A DNA stretch of 64,000 nucleotides from Lepidodermella squamata. Lineage: Eukaryota; Animalia; Gastrotricha. Under the pieces are notes generated by a model, which saw only the letters and a list, made by a program, of their open reading frames with translations, made no database searches and was not told the origin of the DNA. The position numbers were made by a program, and so were the translations under genes. Where the stretch lies: contig JBLDXI010000016.1 of the NCBI GenBank assembly GCA_047495785.1, forward strand, positions 806,001-870,000, written 5' to 3'. Of this stretch, positions 46,539-59,279 are shown one piece after another. Each line of letters opens with the position of its first letter. Within the stretch, counting starts at the first letter, position 1.

Positions 46539-47858
46539 ATGGCTAAAAACATCATTCATTACAGAAAGGGACACTGGTCTCGGCATTTTTTCCAGGTCCT
46601 CGTTTTTTCGGTACACAGATTTTTTGACAGGCTGCAATGGAACCTCTTTTAACGGTACGTGTAATTTCGAAATGAATTAATATCTGACGAATTATTTTAT
46701 AAAAATTTCAGCTTTTGCTGATGATATCATCCTCTGGACCTAGACAGCCTCAAAATGGTTAGGAGGCACCTATCAGTTTCTAGTATTTTTACTAATTCTT
46801 TGTTTGTTCAGAAAATTCGACATCTCAAATTGCAATCCAGATTCTCAACAATAACATCTCAACTGGGCCTGTAATTTTTCAAAGTGGTAGGATGGCATCT
46901 TATAAATAACCAAAAAATCATTTTTAAATCATTTTTAGCCTGTATTCCGTGCAAATCTCAGCCTTTACTGCTGCCGCCGTTTCCGCCTGTTCCGCCAATT
47001 CCTCAACAAAACACGAGCACTGACAGAATTGACATCGCTGTGCCATCTGAAACGCCCATCGAAGAGATCACGTCAACAGATGTCGCGACGTCAACTTCGA
47101 CAATGATAACACCAGAAGTAAACGGCACAACTGAAACACCTCTGATTACAGCCACTGGGTTTATTATGGATAACGAAACCTCCACGGTTACAACAACGAC
47201 GACGACGCAAGACGGAGCAAATGCTACAACTGAAACTCCTTTAATCACCTCAACAGGGTTCATTCTCGATACAGGGAATTCCACATCGACCACGACAATG
47301 GGTTGGGAAAATAATACGCAAACTACGCAAACTGGTAATTGGATTTTGAATGAAAGATGGTCAAATTTTAGCTTTTTTCAATCTAGCTGATCAATCTCTA
47401 CTTACCACTGGAAATTCTTCAACTTCTGGCTCCACAGATGCGTTGGTTTCAGAAGGTATGGCAACGTTTTGGGTGTACCAAACTGAACTTTTTGTTGAAT
47501 AGGTTCAACTACCACAGCTGGGCCAATGGCTGGGCCAACTGGGCCTACTACGGAGAATATGACTTCATCCGATAGTGTTTTTAGGTCTGATACGCCTACC
47601 AACGAAAATTTCGCTTTATGGTCTTCGATGACCAACGATCAACCCAGCCCTACGCCGGTCATCGACCCGACCGTGCCAACAGATGAACCTTTAACCAACA
47701 CCCCGGTCGCAGTGGTAATTTCGTCTACGCCGTGTCCGAATAGCGGGACGCTGAACAAGAAATCAGTGCTGGTACCAACTAACCAGCTGGTTACGATTAA
47801 AAGCCCACGCGCTACCGGCTGGTGGAATTCGTTTTCTTGGGGTCGAAACAACGCATGA
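46539..47858 (+). CDS. Secreted mucin-like Thr/Ser/Pro-rich protein
   Basis: About six short exons join to MAKNII...HFFQVLVFS|LLLMISSSG (signal peptide), a CxxC, a Pro-rich stretch, an internal repeat TTETPLIT(A/S)TGFI(M/L)D and several N-x-T sites. 5' exons are tentative. Confidence 0.65.
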
Positions 47859-47926
47859 AAAAAATCAGCTAGAATATTTCGTTTATTTTAATCGGCTTTT
47901 AGTGACACAAAATAATATGTTATCGA

Positions 47927-48899
47927 TTAAGCAGTTGGGCTGACATGGTTTTGTTCCAAGTAACGCTTCAAGCCTTGGGGAGCTAGCTCCACCGGCGTTT
48001 TTTCGTCCTAGAAAAAATGAATAAAATAAACGCATTTTTAATCTTGAATATATAACAAACCGCGTTTTTCTTATCCAGTGCGAATCCGAATTGAATGAGG
48101 GTAGTTGCGACCTCTTTGTGGTCTTCCTCACAGGCGAAATGAAGGGCCGTATTGCCGTTACAATCCGAGGCACTGGTATTCACGCGAACATTTGAGGAAG
48201 AAAGCAATAGTTTAACCATTTCCAAATGCCCACGGGAAGCAGCGCGATGCAGCGGCGTGTTGCCGTAATTGTCCGGTTCGTTGACATCGGCGTGGCCGGT
48301 TTCGAGCAAGGCTCGGGCTACGTCCAGGTGGTTTTTCGATGCGGCGTAATGCAGGGCGGTTTGACCGGACTGGTTCTTAGCACCGACGATGGGCAGGCCA
48401 TGTGCGCCTAGGGCGACTAACAAATGATCGACGATTTCGCAGCTACCCACTGAGGACGCAATCTAAAAATCAATAAAATTAAAATTTGAAAAATCGATTC
48501 AACTTTCGATTTTTTAAATTTGAACAACCCGAATTCCGGGTCCAGCACATTTTTCCGAATTTAAATTTCAAATTCAACACAATTTACCATCAAAGGAGTC
48601 CAAAGGCTGTCATCAAGAAGTTTAGGATCGGCTTTGCAGTCGTCCAGTAGGTAATTCACGATCGCGACCTGCTTATTCGAACAAGCCCAGTGCAAAGCAG
48701 TTCTTTGCGAAGTATCAGTCACGTTGACTACGCTTTCAGGGCCTTTACCCTCAGCAGCAGCTTTCTCAACCGCGGATCGAATTAGTGAGAGATTGCCTTC
48801 GTAAGCATAGCGGCTAACAGCCACGTTTGAGATGCCAGGCATTTCCATTGGCAATAAAGCTGGTCCAGTTGAGGCCGGTTGTTCGTCTTTGACGGGCAT
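47927..48899 (-). CDS. PSMD10: Ankyrin-repeat protein, gankyrin/26S proteasome assembly chaperone
   Basis: Exons 48899-48588, 48462-48061, 48007-47927. RTALHWACS, WTPLMIASSVG, GQTALHYAASKN, TPLHRAASRG, GNTALHFACEED, then KTPVELA, matching gankyrin repeat order. Confidence 0.9.
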
Positions 48900-49178
48900 T
48901 TTTTGAAAGAAAAATAAATTAAAAACGCACTAAGAAACAAATCAGTTACAGGAATTTTTCACTTCCAAATCAGCTCTCATTTGGCTTTGAAATTTTTGGA
49001 AAATTTTACCCTTCAATTCGTCCGATGAGTTTGGAATCTCGAAGAAAATTATATTGGCCGAAATTGTTCGAAATTATTTTATTATCAAAAATCAACGAAA
49101 AGATGAAATCGAAAAATTTGATTAAAAATTGAAAAACACCGAGTTCGAGATTGTTCGAGATGCCGGTAAGCCAGAGTA

Positions 49179-52100
49179 TCACGCTTTTTCTTCCTTAGCA
49201 GGGGTGACCATACTGTGAAGTAGGTTGATTTCCTTAGCCCAAATACCGCCGGGAGTCTCCAAAATCAGAGGTAAACCTATTGAAATTTAACAAAATAATC
49301 TCAAAATTCCAGCTTCGAAAAATTAAAATTACCCCTGAAAATTGGTTCGTTCATGAAAAGTTTGAACCCGGCTTTACCAATGACGCCCTTCCCAATATCT
49401 TCATGACGGTCCTTGTTATCGCCGCATGCACCCTTCGAGTCGTTAACATGAAGAGCCTTCAAATAATCAATACCAACTTGGCGAGAGAAATCGTCCATCA
49501 GTCGTTTCAGGCCGTTGGCTGTGTTGATGCCGTAGCCGTATGCAAAAGCGTGGCAAGTATCAATGCAAACACCGACGCGGCTTTTGTCCTCGACGTCCTT
49601 AATTACCATGCCCAGCTCTTTCAAATTTGAACCGACCCAATTGCCTTGACCAGCCATGTTTTCCAATACTGAAATTTTTTGAACAAATCGGAATGAAAAA
49701 TAGGAGAAATCATAACAAAACTCACGGAGGATGACGTTTTTAGTCTTTTTCAGACCCATGTTGATACTTTCAGCGATCATTTTGCAGCACTTCTCGGCCG
49801 AAATTTGATTGAGAGTCGAACCGGGGTGGATGTTGTAGTACCTAACAGATAGAATAAGATCAGTATTGGAGATAATCTCAGATGACATAAAGATACAAAT
49901 TTAGCATTTAGCCTACTTCTGCGCTCGGAAAGACGTCACTAAACCTCAGAACACTCTTTCCTGCAGCGACTGTGCAAAAGCTAAATTTATTATAACTAAT
50001 TATTTGGCCCATTGGTCTCCACATTTTCGAAACATAATACATCGAGGTTCCGTTTGAACGCAACATTTCAGCATCGACCATAAGCTGCAAGTCGTCGCCG
50101 CTGCGGACGAACGGCAAAGAGGTTGCCGCAGCAGCCAATTTTTGGGTTTTGTGGTAGCTTTGTGTTGCTTCCTAAAAAGTCGCAAAAGACTGCGAAATCT
50201 GAAAACTGGTCACGGTCGGTACAACGATGACGGGAATCAAACCTTCATAAAGATGGAGCAGATAGGCGAAGTAAAGGCCAGCTCCTAAGCTTCGCGAGAG
50301 GTTGTTGATCCTAACATTCTAACATTGATGTGAACGCTGCTCTTTCATTGCGTGTCGCCTCTACTAATCAAACCTTAGTATATGTAAAGTGCAAAGTGGA
50401 CGACAAGTAAGACAATGTTCGACTTATTCGATTTTAATGCCGCTTTAGGGTTGAGCGAACATGCCCGCGTGCCGATAAGCGTTTTTGTTTCAAGTCCAAA
50501 CTAAAACAAAATCCAAACTCAAAACCGAGAGCGCTGCGAGGCGTATGGCGGTAATACTAGAATCTCGATATGCCAATTTCAAGATTAACGCCATCTTTGC
50601 GGCGTGTTCTGCCCATGTTTTGCAATCTCTCATTTACTGATGATAATCGCAATTTTCGGCCTTTTTCATTACCGAAAGAAGCTGAGGAACTTTAACTTCA
50701 GAGACAGCGTCAGGCTTGCAATTACGGATCCTCGACATTTTTGCAATTTTTGCTAAGCGAGCCTTGACTGAAGAGAAATTGAGATACGGAAACTGCCGAT
50801 TTCCTGATCCACAAACTCTGAGACCAAACATTTCAAATTCGAATGAGTCATGCTCAACAACTGAATCGGATGTATTTAACTCAGAAACCCAGCTGTTTCT
50901 AGTATCAAGACACAAATTTGAACATTACAACTATTACAAAATTCATGTTGAAGCCCGCGAATCGGATGTATTTAACTCAGAAACCCAGCTGTTTCTAGTA
51001 TCAAGACACAAATTTGAACATTACAACTATTACAAAATTCATGTTGAAGCCCGCGATTATTGTCAGCTCTAAGACGCCCAAGACCACCAACAACAAAAAC
51101 TGACGTTGCAGATTTTCCCAACTCGTCACCAAACATGCACGACTGTCGGCTATAACATTTTGATGATTATTCACTTCTGAAGTTTCTGAATTATCCCCAG
51201 CCTAATTATCCGCTTCAACCGAATTTTCCGTCGCAACCGAATAATCCGTCTCGGCGAGATTTCCAACAAACTCGACCTACTTTTCCGTTTCAGTCTCAAC
51301 AGCAACAGTCTCAACCGCCGCAATTTCGAGGCGGAAAATCGTAATTGAAATTGAGCATTTGACATTTTTTAGAGTTCTTGAGGTAAGGAAATATCCGAAC
51401 TATAACTCAGTCATAATTTAAACTAATTTTTCCGAAGGTTTTTTTACGAACTTTCGATGGCTTTTCGATGGTTTCATCTCGTAATTTTAGTTCGCTGATA
51501 TATTTATCGTAAATTAGATTTGCCTGGGTGGGCAAGCATGTGAGCCTATTCTCCGCAGAAATAAAAATCCTAGTGAAACTTCTCCCGAAAGAAAAGAAAG
51601 AAAATGGACTCAAGGTTATGCTGTGGTAAATTTGAATATTCGTTCAGAACAGATGTGCAAAGTTGCCTAAGACCTAAACTACTCCCCAAAAGAATTAAGC
51701 GTAAAATAGAAAACAAAACGCAAATTATTTTATACATTATTTATGGTATTATTAAATATTTTCTAACAAATTAGGCTGGCTTTAGGCTTACTTTATTCCA
51801 AGCTTGTCACATCGCTGCAAATCGTCCAAAAGCACTGTACGAGATCGTTCGAGAGCTTCACCATTCGGCGAGCCGATATTCAATAGATACGGCGCATGAA
51901 CCACGATGTTATCGAGATTGAATTGCAATTTTTTCACAGTTTCTTGCCACAACGCCACAGCCTCGTCAGTCAGCGGTTTAACGGTGAAATTTTTCGGCGG
52001 CCGCAGGAAAAACGCGCAAGACGACGCGCCTAGTTGCCTCGCTTCAATCAACGCATTGTGAACGCCACCGGCTATCGACACGTGGGCACCGATTTGATGC

Positions 52101-52399
52101 GGCCGGGCGTCGATTTCTGCGAAATTCATCGATTCAGCCAACTCATCTGCCGTCATTTTCTTCGCAGGTTTCGATTTCGTGGTCGCCTTATTTTCTTCCT
52201 GCCCTTCTTCGACATCCTCCTTAACTTCGATGGGAGAACCAGGAATTTCTTCAGGCTCCTCCTTTTTCATACGCTTTCTCGGCTGTTTTGTGTCGATATC
52301 TTCCTCGACTTTATTTTTAGCAGGACTTTTCGAGAGGAAAGCCATGATTGAAGGAGGCGGTGGGGCTGATTTTGCGGCTTGTTTCTTCGAAGGTGCCAT
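49179..52399 (-). CDS. APN1: AP endonuclease of the endonuclease IV (Nfo/APN1) family with a basic disordered N-terminus
   Basis: Exons 52399-51792, 49841-49726, 49668-49333, 49276-49179. IGAHVSIAGG, VHAPYLLN, YNIHPG, LENMAGQG, GVCIDTCHAFA, LHVNDSK, DRHEDIG, LILETP: the tri-zinc ligands are present. Confidence 0.95.
49908..51365 (-). pseudogene. Decayed coding-like insertion of unknown origin in APN1 intron 1
   Basis: More GC-balanced than other introns. Minus-strand ORF pieces (51365-51171, 50915-50634, 50138-49908) are separated by stops and frameshifts. No family recognised. Confidence 0.35.
50863..51056 (+). repeat. Perfect 96-bp tandem duplication
   Basis: GAATCGGATGTATTTAAC...GTTGAAGCCCGC at 50863-50958 and 50959-51054. 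Confidence 0.95.
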
Positions 52400-52832
52400 T
52401 TTTATCAAATTTACAGGCTAAAAAATGAAGAAAAAATTAACAATTCGGCCAACAAACTCCAGTTTTTCACTTGCTAGTTTACACAAGCGCCACATTATAT
52501 CGATGTAAAAACACTGTTTCTTCTTAGATCTACAACAAAAACATTGAGCAAGATAACCAAGGCCTCATCGTCTCTTCGCACCGAGTATATAGTAAGTATT
52601 TCGATATGACAGTTGAACAAAAAGACGATAGATAGATAGATATATAGATAGATAAATTCATTGTTTTCAAGGGCGAAAAATACATAGAAGTTTTGAGAGA
52701 GATGGAGATTGAAACGCTAAGATGTCTGGCAGTGATGGTTATAGTTAAAGAACCAGCCACCTTAACAATTTCGCAAAATTGTTTAAATCAAACATTGAAA
52801 AGCAAAAGTCCGAAGAATAAGATGCAATGTAC

Positions 52833-53468
52833 TCATTTCTTCCCGGCAGAACTTCGCAAGCTTCGCGTATTTTCCTTGATTTTCCGCAAATATTCGTCGA
52901 CTTTTGACGACTTCTTTTCGGTTGGCTCTTCGTCCGCCTTAACTTTACCGCCATTATCTTTCGCCCGTTTCGGCGATTCCTCCGCCTTGACAGCCGCCGG
53001 GCGTTTTCGGTTTTGATCTGCCGATGCGGGTAGTGGCTTGGGTTTCAGCCCGTTTACAACCGGAGTTTTAACTGGTTCTTCGACAACTTTACTCGTAGAA
53101 CCTAGGCTTCTTCGAGATCGAGTTACGCTCCTTTCAGGAGATTTCGTTTCGTTGTTACTATTGACTAGGACTAAAGGCGACGCTGCGACCTCAATCGGGG
53201 CGTCGAAATCTGGCAATTCATCGTCGAAATCAACGGGTTCTGCGACTTTTTTCGGGGCGGCTATAACTGGTTTTTGTTTAGGGGCTGGCTTCGGGGCGGC
53301 TGTTTTCGATTTCGGGCCGGGTATGACGAATTTCCGCCTCCGTGGCTTTTTGCAGTCCTGAAGGAAACGTTTTTCGGCGTCCGAAAGCTGCCGCTGCATC
53401 GGCTTAATGCGCTCGAACAACGTTGGTGCATCGTCGTCTTCCGAATCAATCGGCTGTTTCGGCGCCAT
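52833..53468 (-). CDS. Uncharacterised basic, Lys/Pro-rich low-complexity protein (211 aa), probably nuclear
   Basis: Intact single-exon ORF with AAATG context, NLS-like KKPRRRK and RKRP, co-oriented in the gene cluster. Confidence 0.7.
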   Translation of the reverse strand: MAPKQPIDSEDDDAPTLFERIKPMQRQLSDAEKRFLQDCKKPRRRKFVIPGPKSKTAAPKPAPKQKPVIAAPKKVAEPVDFDDELPDFDAPIEVAASPLVLVNSNNETKSPERSVTRSRRSLGSTSKVVEEPVKTPVVNGLKPKPLPASADQNRKRPAAVKAEESPKRAKDNGGKVKADEEPTEKKSSKVDEYLRKIKENTRSLRSSAGKK

Positions 53469-53650
53469 TTAATTTCTAATTAAAACTAGACAATTCGGCG
53501 CAAAAATTCAAAATCAGTGATCAATTTATTTATCAATAAAAAATATTGCCGCGTTGATAGGAAGCACTTTTTGTCATTAAATGAGCATAATTTATCGAAT
53601 ATCGAACGATTCAGCAAGCGTATAAATTTCTATGCGTTTTATCAATTTTT

Positions 53651-56600
53651 TCAAGCTGAAAAAAGTTGTTGGGCGACATTCTGCGGGAAAATGGATCTCA
53701 GCTTGATCAATTTCTGGTTGTTCGGACCGCTCAATTCCCATAATTTATTCGCAAATCGGAGACTATTTGGGTTAGAAATATCGAAGATAGGCAATAGGCT
53801 GCTGGCGATGTGAAAAATCATTGACTGGTGTTGAGTCAGCGCTTGGTTTGATGGCTTTTTCGGTGGTAGAATATTGGCAGCCCGTTCTTCGACTTCAGCG
53901 AGTAAGGCTGCTAGCACCTCCCCAGCTAGTTCGTTCAATCGAGCCAAGAAACGGGCGTCTCCTCCGTAGAGAACATCGTTGGAATCAACTGAAATCAGAT
54001 GAAAAAGTCATAAAGAAATGATGACCACCAGTAACTATCAAACTATTTTACACATTGAGAATTTCATCTAATTTGACTAAGGCTATTCTCCCCATGAGCC
54101 TGAACCTGTCTCGCATTGGGTGTGCCAAAGGCAGATCCTAAGTTGAGCCTAAAAAATGTGAATTGGTTTTCGAGTTTTTAGTTTCCGTAGAGTGTATCTA
54201 ACTGGAGAATCTCCAATTGTGCGTATTTCTGCGCGATTAGTTCACGAGTTGAAGTTTAGCTTGCGGAGCTAAAATCGATTTTCGGTTTCGCCTGGCTATC
54301 ATGGCAAGTGGTTTGATTCCAGACACTGACGGTCGAGCGACAACAACGATGCCGAGAGGCCTGAGAACGCGTTTTCACTTATGCCCATGGAGTATTTCGC
54401 GCAAAATAAAACTCTTCGATGTTACCTCATGATATCTCATGTTATCATGTAGGAGATTCAGCAAGCGTACAAATTTCTATGTGTTTTATCAATTTTTTTC
54501 AAGCTGAAAAAAGTTGTTGGGCGACATTCTGCGGGAAAAAAAAAAAAAGATAGAAATGAATGATTGATAGCATTAATATGAAAACGTTCATAATTTGATC
54601 CATTTTTTTATCGATTATCGATTATCGATCGAATGGATAAGGTAGTAGTCGAATCGACGACTCCTCACTCTATGCCCTTCTGCTTGATGCACATACTTCT
54701 TCATTATCGAGATTTTCAAACGCTATCGATCAATCGATTTACTCCGATAAGGTAATCGAAATCAATAATGCAATAATGCGAAGTCTACGTGGCCTGAGGC
54801 CCCGAAGACAGAAGTGTTATTAACTGTTTTTGAAATGGATGAATAAAGGAAGTGACGGGGCCTCGCAGGCCCCTATTGTTCCGCTATGCAAGTTTTACGC
54901 GAAAAGGTTAAAAAGTGATTTCTCCGATAGCAGACATTCTTAGAAGCCTTTAATGACAAAATTTCTAAATACCTGATGGTACCAAGATACAAGGTAGCTG
55001 GGTATGCCTGGGGTGTAAGGCAATCAAGAGAGGAAGAAATCTAAATCGCATTGAAATCGGGAAAATTTAGTGCTCGTTTTAATTCAATTCCGTCAATTCC
55101 GACAGTTCGCAGAAGAGACGTGCACACGTCGCTGCTATTCCACAGCGAAGTGAGATGGCTATCCCGGGGCAAGGCGGTTCAGCGATCAAGGCGACTTGGA
55201 AAGACTAAGTATCGACAAAACGTTTTGGCGTGGGCTAATCGGTGACGAGCAGCATAAAGCGCCGGCAACAGCTGCCCTACTAACCTGCGTCATTCAACCG
55301 TCGACTGTAGACGTGGAACGGGCGTTTCAGCCATGAGCCTTACGAAAGTAAATTTCGCCCTTGGCTGTCAGATGGCTTGCTCAACTCTTGCCTTGTCATC
55401 GCCCGCAACGATGACAATGTGTTAAAAGAATTGGACTTCGAAGCGCGAAATATCGCAGATCTTGAGTGATTAATTGTTTCGAGTATGAAAGTGAGTATGA
55501 AGTGTAAATGAAAGTAGAAGTCAAAATGAACCGAATATGAAGGTGTCCAAGTCTCTCAATCGATAAAAGATAATTTAATTAATTCATTTTTCTTTTTAGG
55601 CAGCTTTTTATACCGATATAATGTAAATTACATGGCGTTAACTCCTTCGGCAATTTCTGACTCCGATGTCTGACTCCAAATTTTTTGAGCTTGGACCATA
55701 CTGGTATAGTGTATTGCCTTGTTATCGCCTGCAACGATGACAATGACAAGAATCGGACTTCGAAGCGCCAAGGATGGTGCAAGATATGGATGGTTAATGT
55801 GCATCCATATCGAAGAACGGAAGAAGTCGAAATCGGGAAAAATTTAGTGTTGGAACCTCAATTTTACTAGATCCTAATCCCTATCAAATTTTTGACGAAG
55901 ATACATCCTCCATTATAGACCTCCAATAAAACTACTTTTTAGTACAAAAATGACAAAAATTACCGTTATCAATGGTATAAATGTAGGTTGATTGACTCAG
56001 CGCAGCAAACGCGTGTAAAATCGCCAGCAACGCATCGATTTTCAGCGAACCAGACGTGACTAGACTCGACGACGGAGTAATAACAGGTACCGCTGCAGCC
56101 CCAGCCCAGTCAAAACGCAACGTAGCATTGACCAAACCCTGCCAGATGTACAGCGCCGCAGCTTCCGGGCTATCTGGCATCGGAATTAAGGCGGCGCATA
56201 GCTGCGAAACAGTCTCTGCAAACCGGCTATCAGTTGCATGCTGCCGGCCGTCGTAGCCCAGGGTCGAAATAGGCACCTCGGCTAGGTTAGTCACCGCTAA
56301 TTTGAACAAAGCCTCGGCCTGACCGATGCCGCCGTTAATTAAGGCGGTTTGGCCGCTCAAAATCGCCAATTTCAACCGTTTTAGTGGGTCATCAAGCGAC
56401 GGAATCGTTATATAGCAGTAGGCAATGGCGGATTTTACGAAATTTGACGTTCTTTTCGAATGTTGGCCCTTCACGATCGCTGCAACGTTCATTACGGCCC
56501 GGTTAACCATTAAAATAAGGTGGACGATCGTGTCTTCAAGATACACAAAAGTCGACCGGCATTCGACGTAAAATTGGAGTAATTTCTCAAAATCACGCCC

Positions 56601-59145
56601 GAAATCAACCCGGCTAATGAAAGAATTAACGCTCTTCGACATTTGCCGGCCAATATCGGGCGATGAATGGTAAGAAACCGCCGAATCGTGCCAAGTTTTA
56701 CAGAGAAACAAGAACGAATCAATGAAAATTTGGTCATTCACCACGCCGGCTGGTGTTTTCCGATACGCCTCAACGATTAAACGGCACGCATCGGCTTTCG
56801 CAGTGCCTTTATTGCCGAAACAGTCGAGAAATTTCATGAAATTAGGCAGTGTTAACAACCGGCTGAAATCTTTGACCTGGTGGATGAATTTCGATAGCGC
56901 GGCTTGAAGCACCGTGGTATCAACTGTCTGTTTAGTTTTCGCACACGTGTCAACTACAACGCCTAGAATCAGGTCGGAATCGGTTAAATCCAGGTATTTT
57001 CCGGAATATTCCAGCCAAATTTCGCTCGATTGAAGAATATCACGAGGTTGGGGCTGCTCACCCGGCGCCAATTGCGCCATCGAATTCGACCACGCTAGGT
57101 CGAAAATTCGCTTCCGGTCGCGGAATAACGGCTCCGAGTTCAGAAGGGCTGACCCCAATGTCCTGAACAACTGCCATTTCGGAATATCCGGTCGTTTGAT
57201 ATCATTCAGAGCCATTGCGATGTTAAAAGCTTGCTCCGAGACAAAACTAGCCGGGAAGGTCGATAGCAGACAATGAATTATCAAATCGTTATTTGGATGA
57301 CCGTCTGAGGCCTTCAAAATTTCAGAGGCTAATAAGGAGGATGCGTTTGAATTTGACGCGAAACTCGACACGCATTGGAAGAGCCATTCCATAGCCGGGA
57401 TGAAGAGACGAACGTAACTCGCCAGGGTGATGTTGTCGTCTTTCGGCAATTTATCGAAATTAAGGCGGGTTAATTGGCGGGAAATCAGCAGGAAATCGTC
57501 GATGCAATTTCGTAGATAGGTCGGTAGACAATCACCGACTGAGGAGAAAATACCCTGGTTACCAGGGGTTCTCGTCGCGCCGTTTTCATTTTCGTGTTTT
57601 GGCTTTAGGCCGAGAAGACGCTGTTGGAAGTAGATCCGAAGACCGACCCGGCACAGATAAGCAGCTGTGTACAGTGAGACCAGCGGGTTTGCTATGCCTC
57701 GGGTCATCATCATCAGCTCGCCAAGCCATTCTTCCAAGGATCTGAACAATTATGAGAAAAAAATGAAAAAGCGTCAAATAAATCGAGTATTTAAAATAAA
57801 AATGTTGAATACACCAAAATTAACCAAAAATAGTCATATTTTTATAAAAATTTGAAAAATAAAATCATGAAATTATTCGACGGAAACTGATATCTTGGAG
57901 AAAAATAAGTATGCTTATCCAAGATTTTCACGGAGGGCGGACATTCAGTTTATCAAATTAGCCCTTTTTCCTGTGGGGATGAAAGCTGTGGAGCAATTAT
58001 GCAAAATTCTCAAAATTGCCGAAATTTAGAGCCCAAATGTTAATTATTTTTCCAAAATATCCAAATTTTCGGAATTGAGGCTGATTCTTAATGCTCAAAA
58101 ATCATGGTTTCGTCCCAAGGTCGTATTTTCAAAAAAAAATTTAATTCTCATTTTTCTGTTTTTCGTGTCAAGATTATAATAAAAATTGAGCGAACTTGTC
58201 TGAAATGAATCGAAGTGACTGAAGGATGGCCACTTGCATGTAGATCCTCGGCAGTAGCTCTCGAATCGACGCAAGTTTGTAGAACCAATTCAACGTGGTC
58301 TCTTTAGCGGAATTCGGCACATCAGCCATCTTAAAATCATCCGGCAACTGGCGGCCATTCGCTTCCGCCTTCGACTTCAGCCGGTCGTAGACCAAATTAC
58401 CGAAATTATCCAAAATATCCGTGATTAGTACGAATTTACTCGGGTAAAACTCGATTACTGAGGTGTCGTTCAACATTTTAGCGCATTGAATCGCCAAACG
58501 AACCGCCTTAACACGCTGTTCGTCACGCCAAGCCGCTGTTAACATCGAATTCACATCAGCGATTTTAGCAAGGTATTCCTCAACGCTAACAGCGACACAT
58601 TCATTTTTTGACGTATCGTCGAATTCGTTTAGCTCAGCCAGTCTTTGCTCGACTCGATCGGTCGGCTTCAATTTTTCAGCTTGAATCACGACCTCTTGAA
58701 TGTTATCCTTAGCACTCAGTACAGCAGTTCTAATCGCAATTTTTTCACGAGTGGTGTACGTGCTTAAAACATGAGCCCGTTTCGCTGCCCACAATTCATC
58801 GGCTTGAGTCGTGACTTGCACCTTTTTAACCGCTGCAACCACAGGCTGGGCTGCTTTATCCGACCCTGCCCTGGGTTTCGTTATCAAAGGCGGCTCCAAA
58901 TCTCGAGACATCGAGCTCAGAGGGTCGAAATCGACCGGGGTTCCGAACTGGGCGTTTTCTTGAGCCATTCTAGACAAAGGATCAAGAGGACCTGCCGAGT
59001 TTTCAACAACCTTTTTAGCAGCAACAGGCTCTGGGGCTGCTTTTACCACACCCGCAGCCGCTTTCAGAGGGTGCTGATCAACAGCCTTGAACTCGGCGCT
59101 TTTCTCATCAGCGTAGATTCGCGACCGAACTTGCCAATTTTCCAT
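53651..59145 (-). CDS. VPS35L: VPS35 endosomal protein-sorting factor-like (C16orf62), Retriever subunit
   Basis: Exons 59145-58196, 57741-55964, 53988-53651. DPLS motifs, AIQCAKML.DTSVIEFYPSKFVLITDILDNFGNLVYDR, AKETTLNWFYKLASIRELLPRIY, RGIANPLV, VDFGRDFE..LQFYVECR, AYCYITIPS, VDSNDVLYGGD. Confidence 0.95.
54455..54539. repeat. Near-identical copy of the VPS35L stop codon/3' UTR region (53608-53691) inside the gene's last intron
   Basis: GATTCAGCAAGCGTA(C/T)AAATTTCTATG...AAGCTGAAAAAAGTTGTTGGGCGACATTCTGCGGGAAAA at both sites in the same orientation. Confidence 0.9.
55051..55445 (+). mobile_element. hAT transposase remnants (Buster/Charlie-like) in a VPS35L intron
   Basis: LLFHSEVRWLSRGKAV (about 55129-55180), plus a frameshifted C-terminal dimerisation motif IQPSTVDVERAF/SAMSLTK/SKFRPWLSDGLLNSCLVI (about 55290-55400). 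Part is duplicated at 55715-55768. Confidence 0.8.
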
Positions 59146-59279
59146 TTTTTTTATTCACACCAATTCAGATTAAAAACGGAAAACTAGAAACAAATCGTGA
59201 TTTTTTACATCATATAAGAAAAACCGGTTTTTTTGAAACAACAGTTGAGAGGTACAAAAAGTCGAGTTTAATTAATTAA

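Noticed and set aside
50716-51072. 118-aa plus-strand ORF with a duplicated peptide
   Set aside because: It starts at a non-ATG codon and its length is inflated by the 96-bp tandem duplication inside an intron.
52715-52765. Hairpin in the 3' UTR of the TGA-ending orphan as a SECIS element
   Set aside because: It lacks the RUGA/GA quartet and apical AA on the coding strand.
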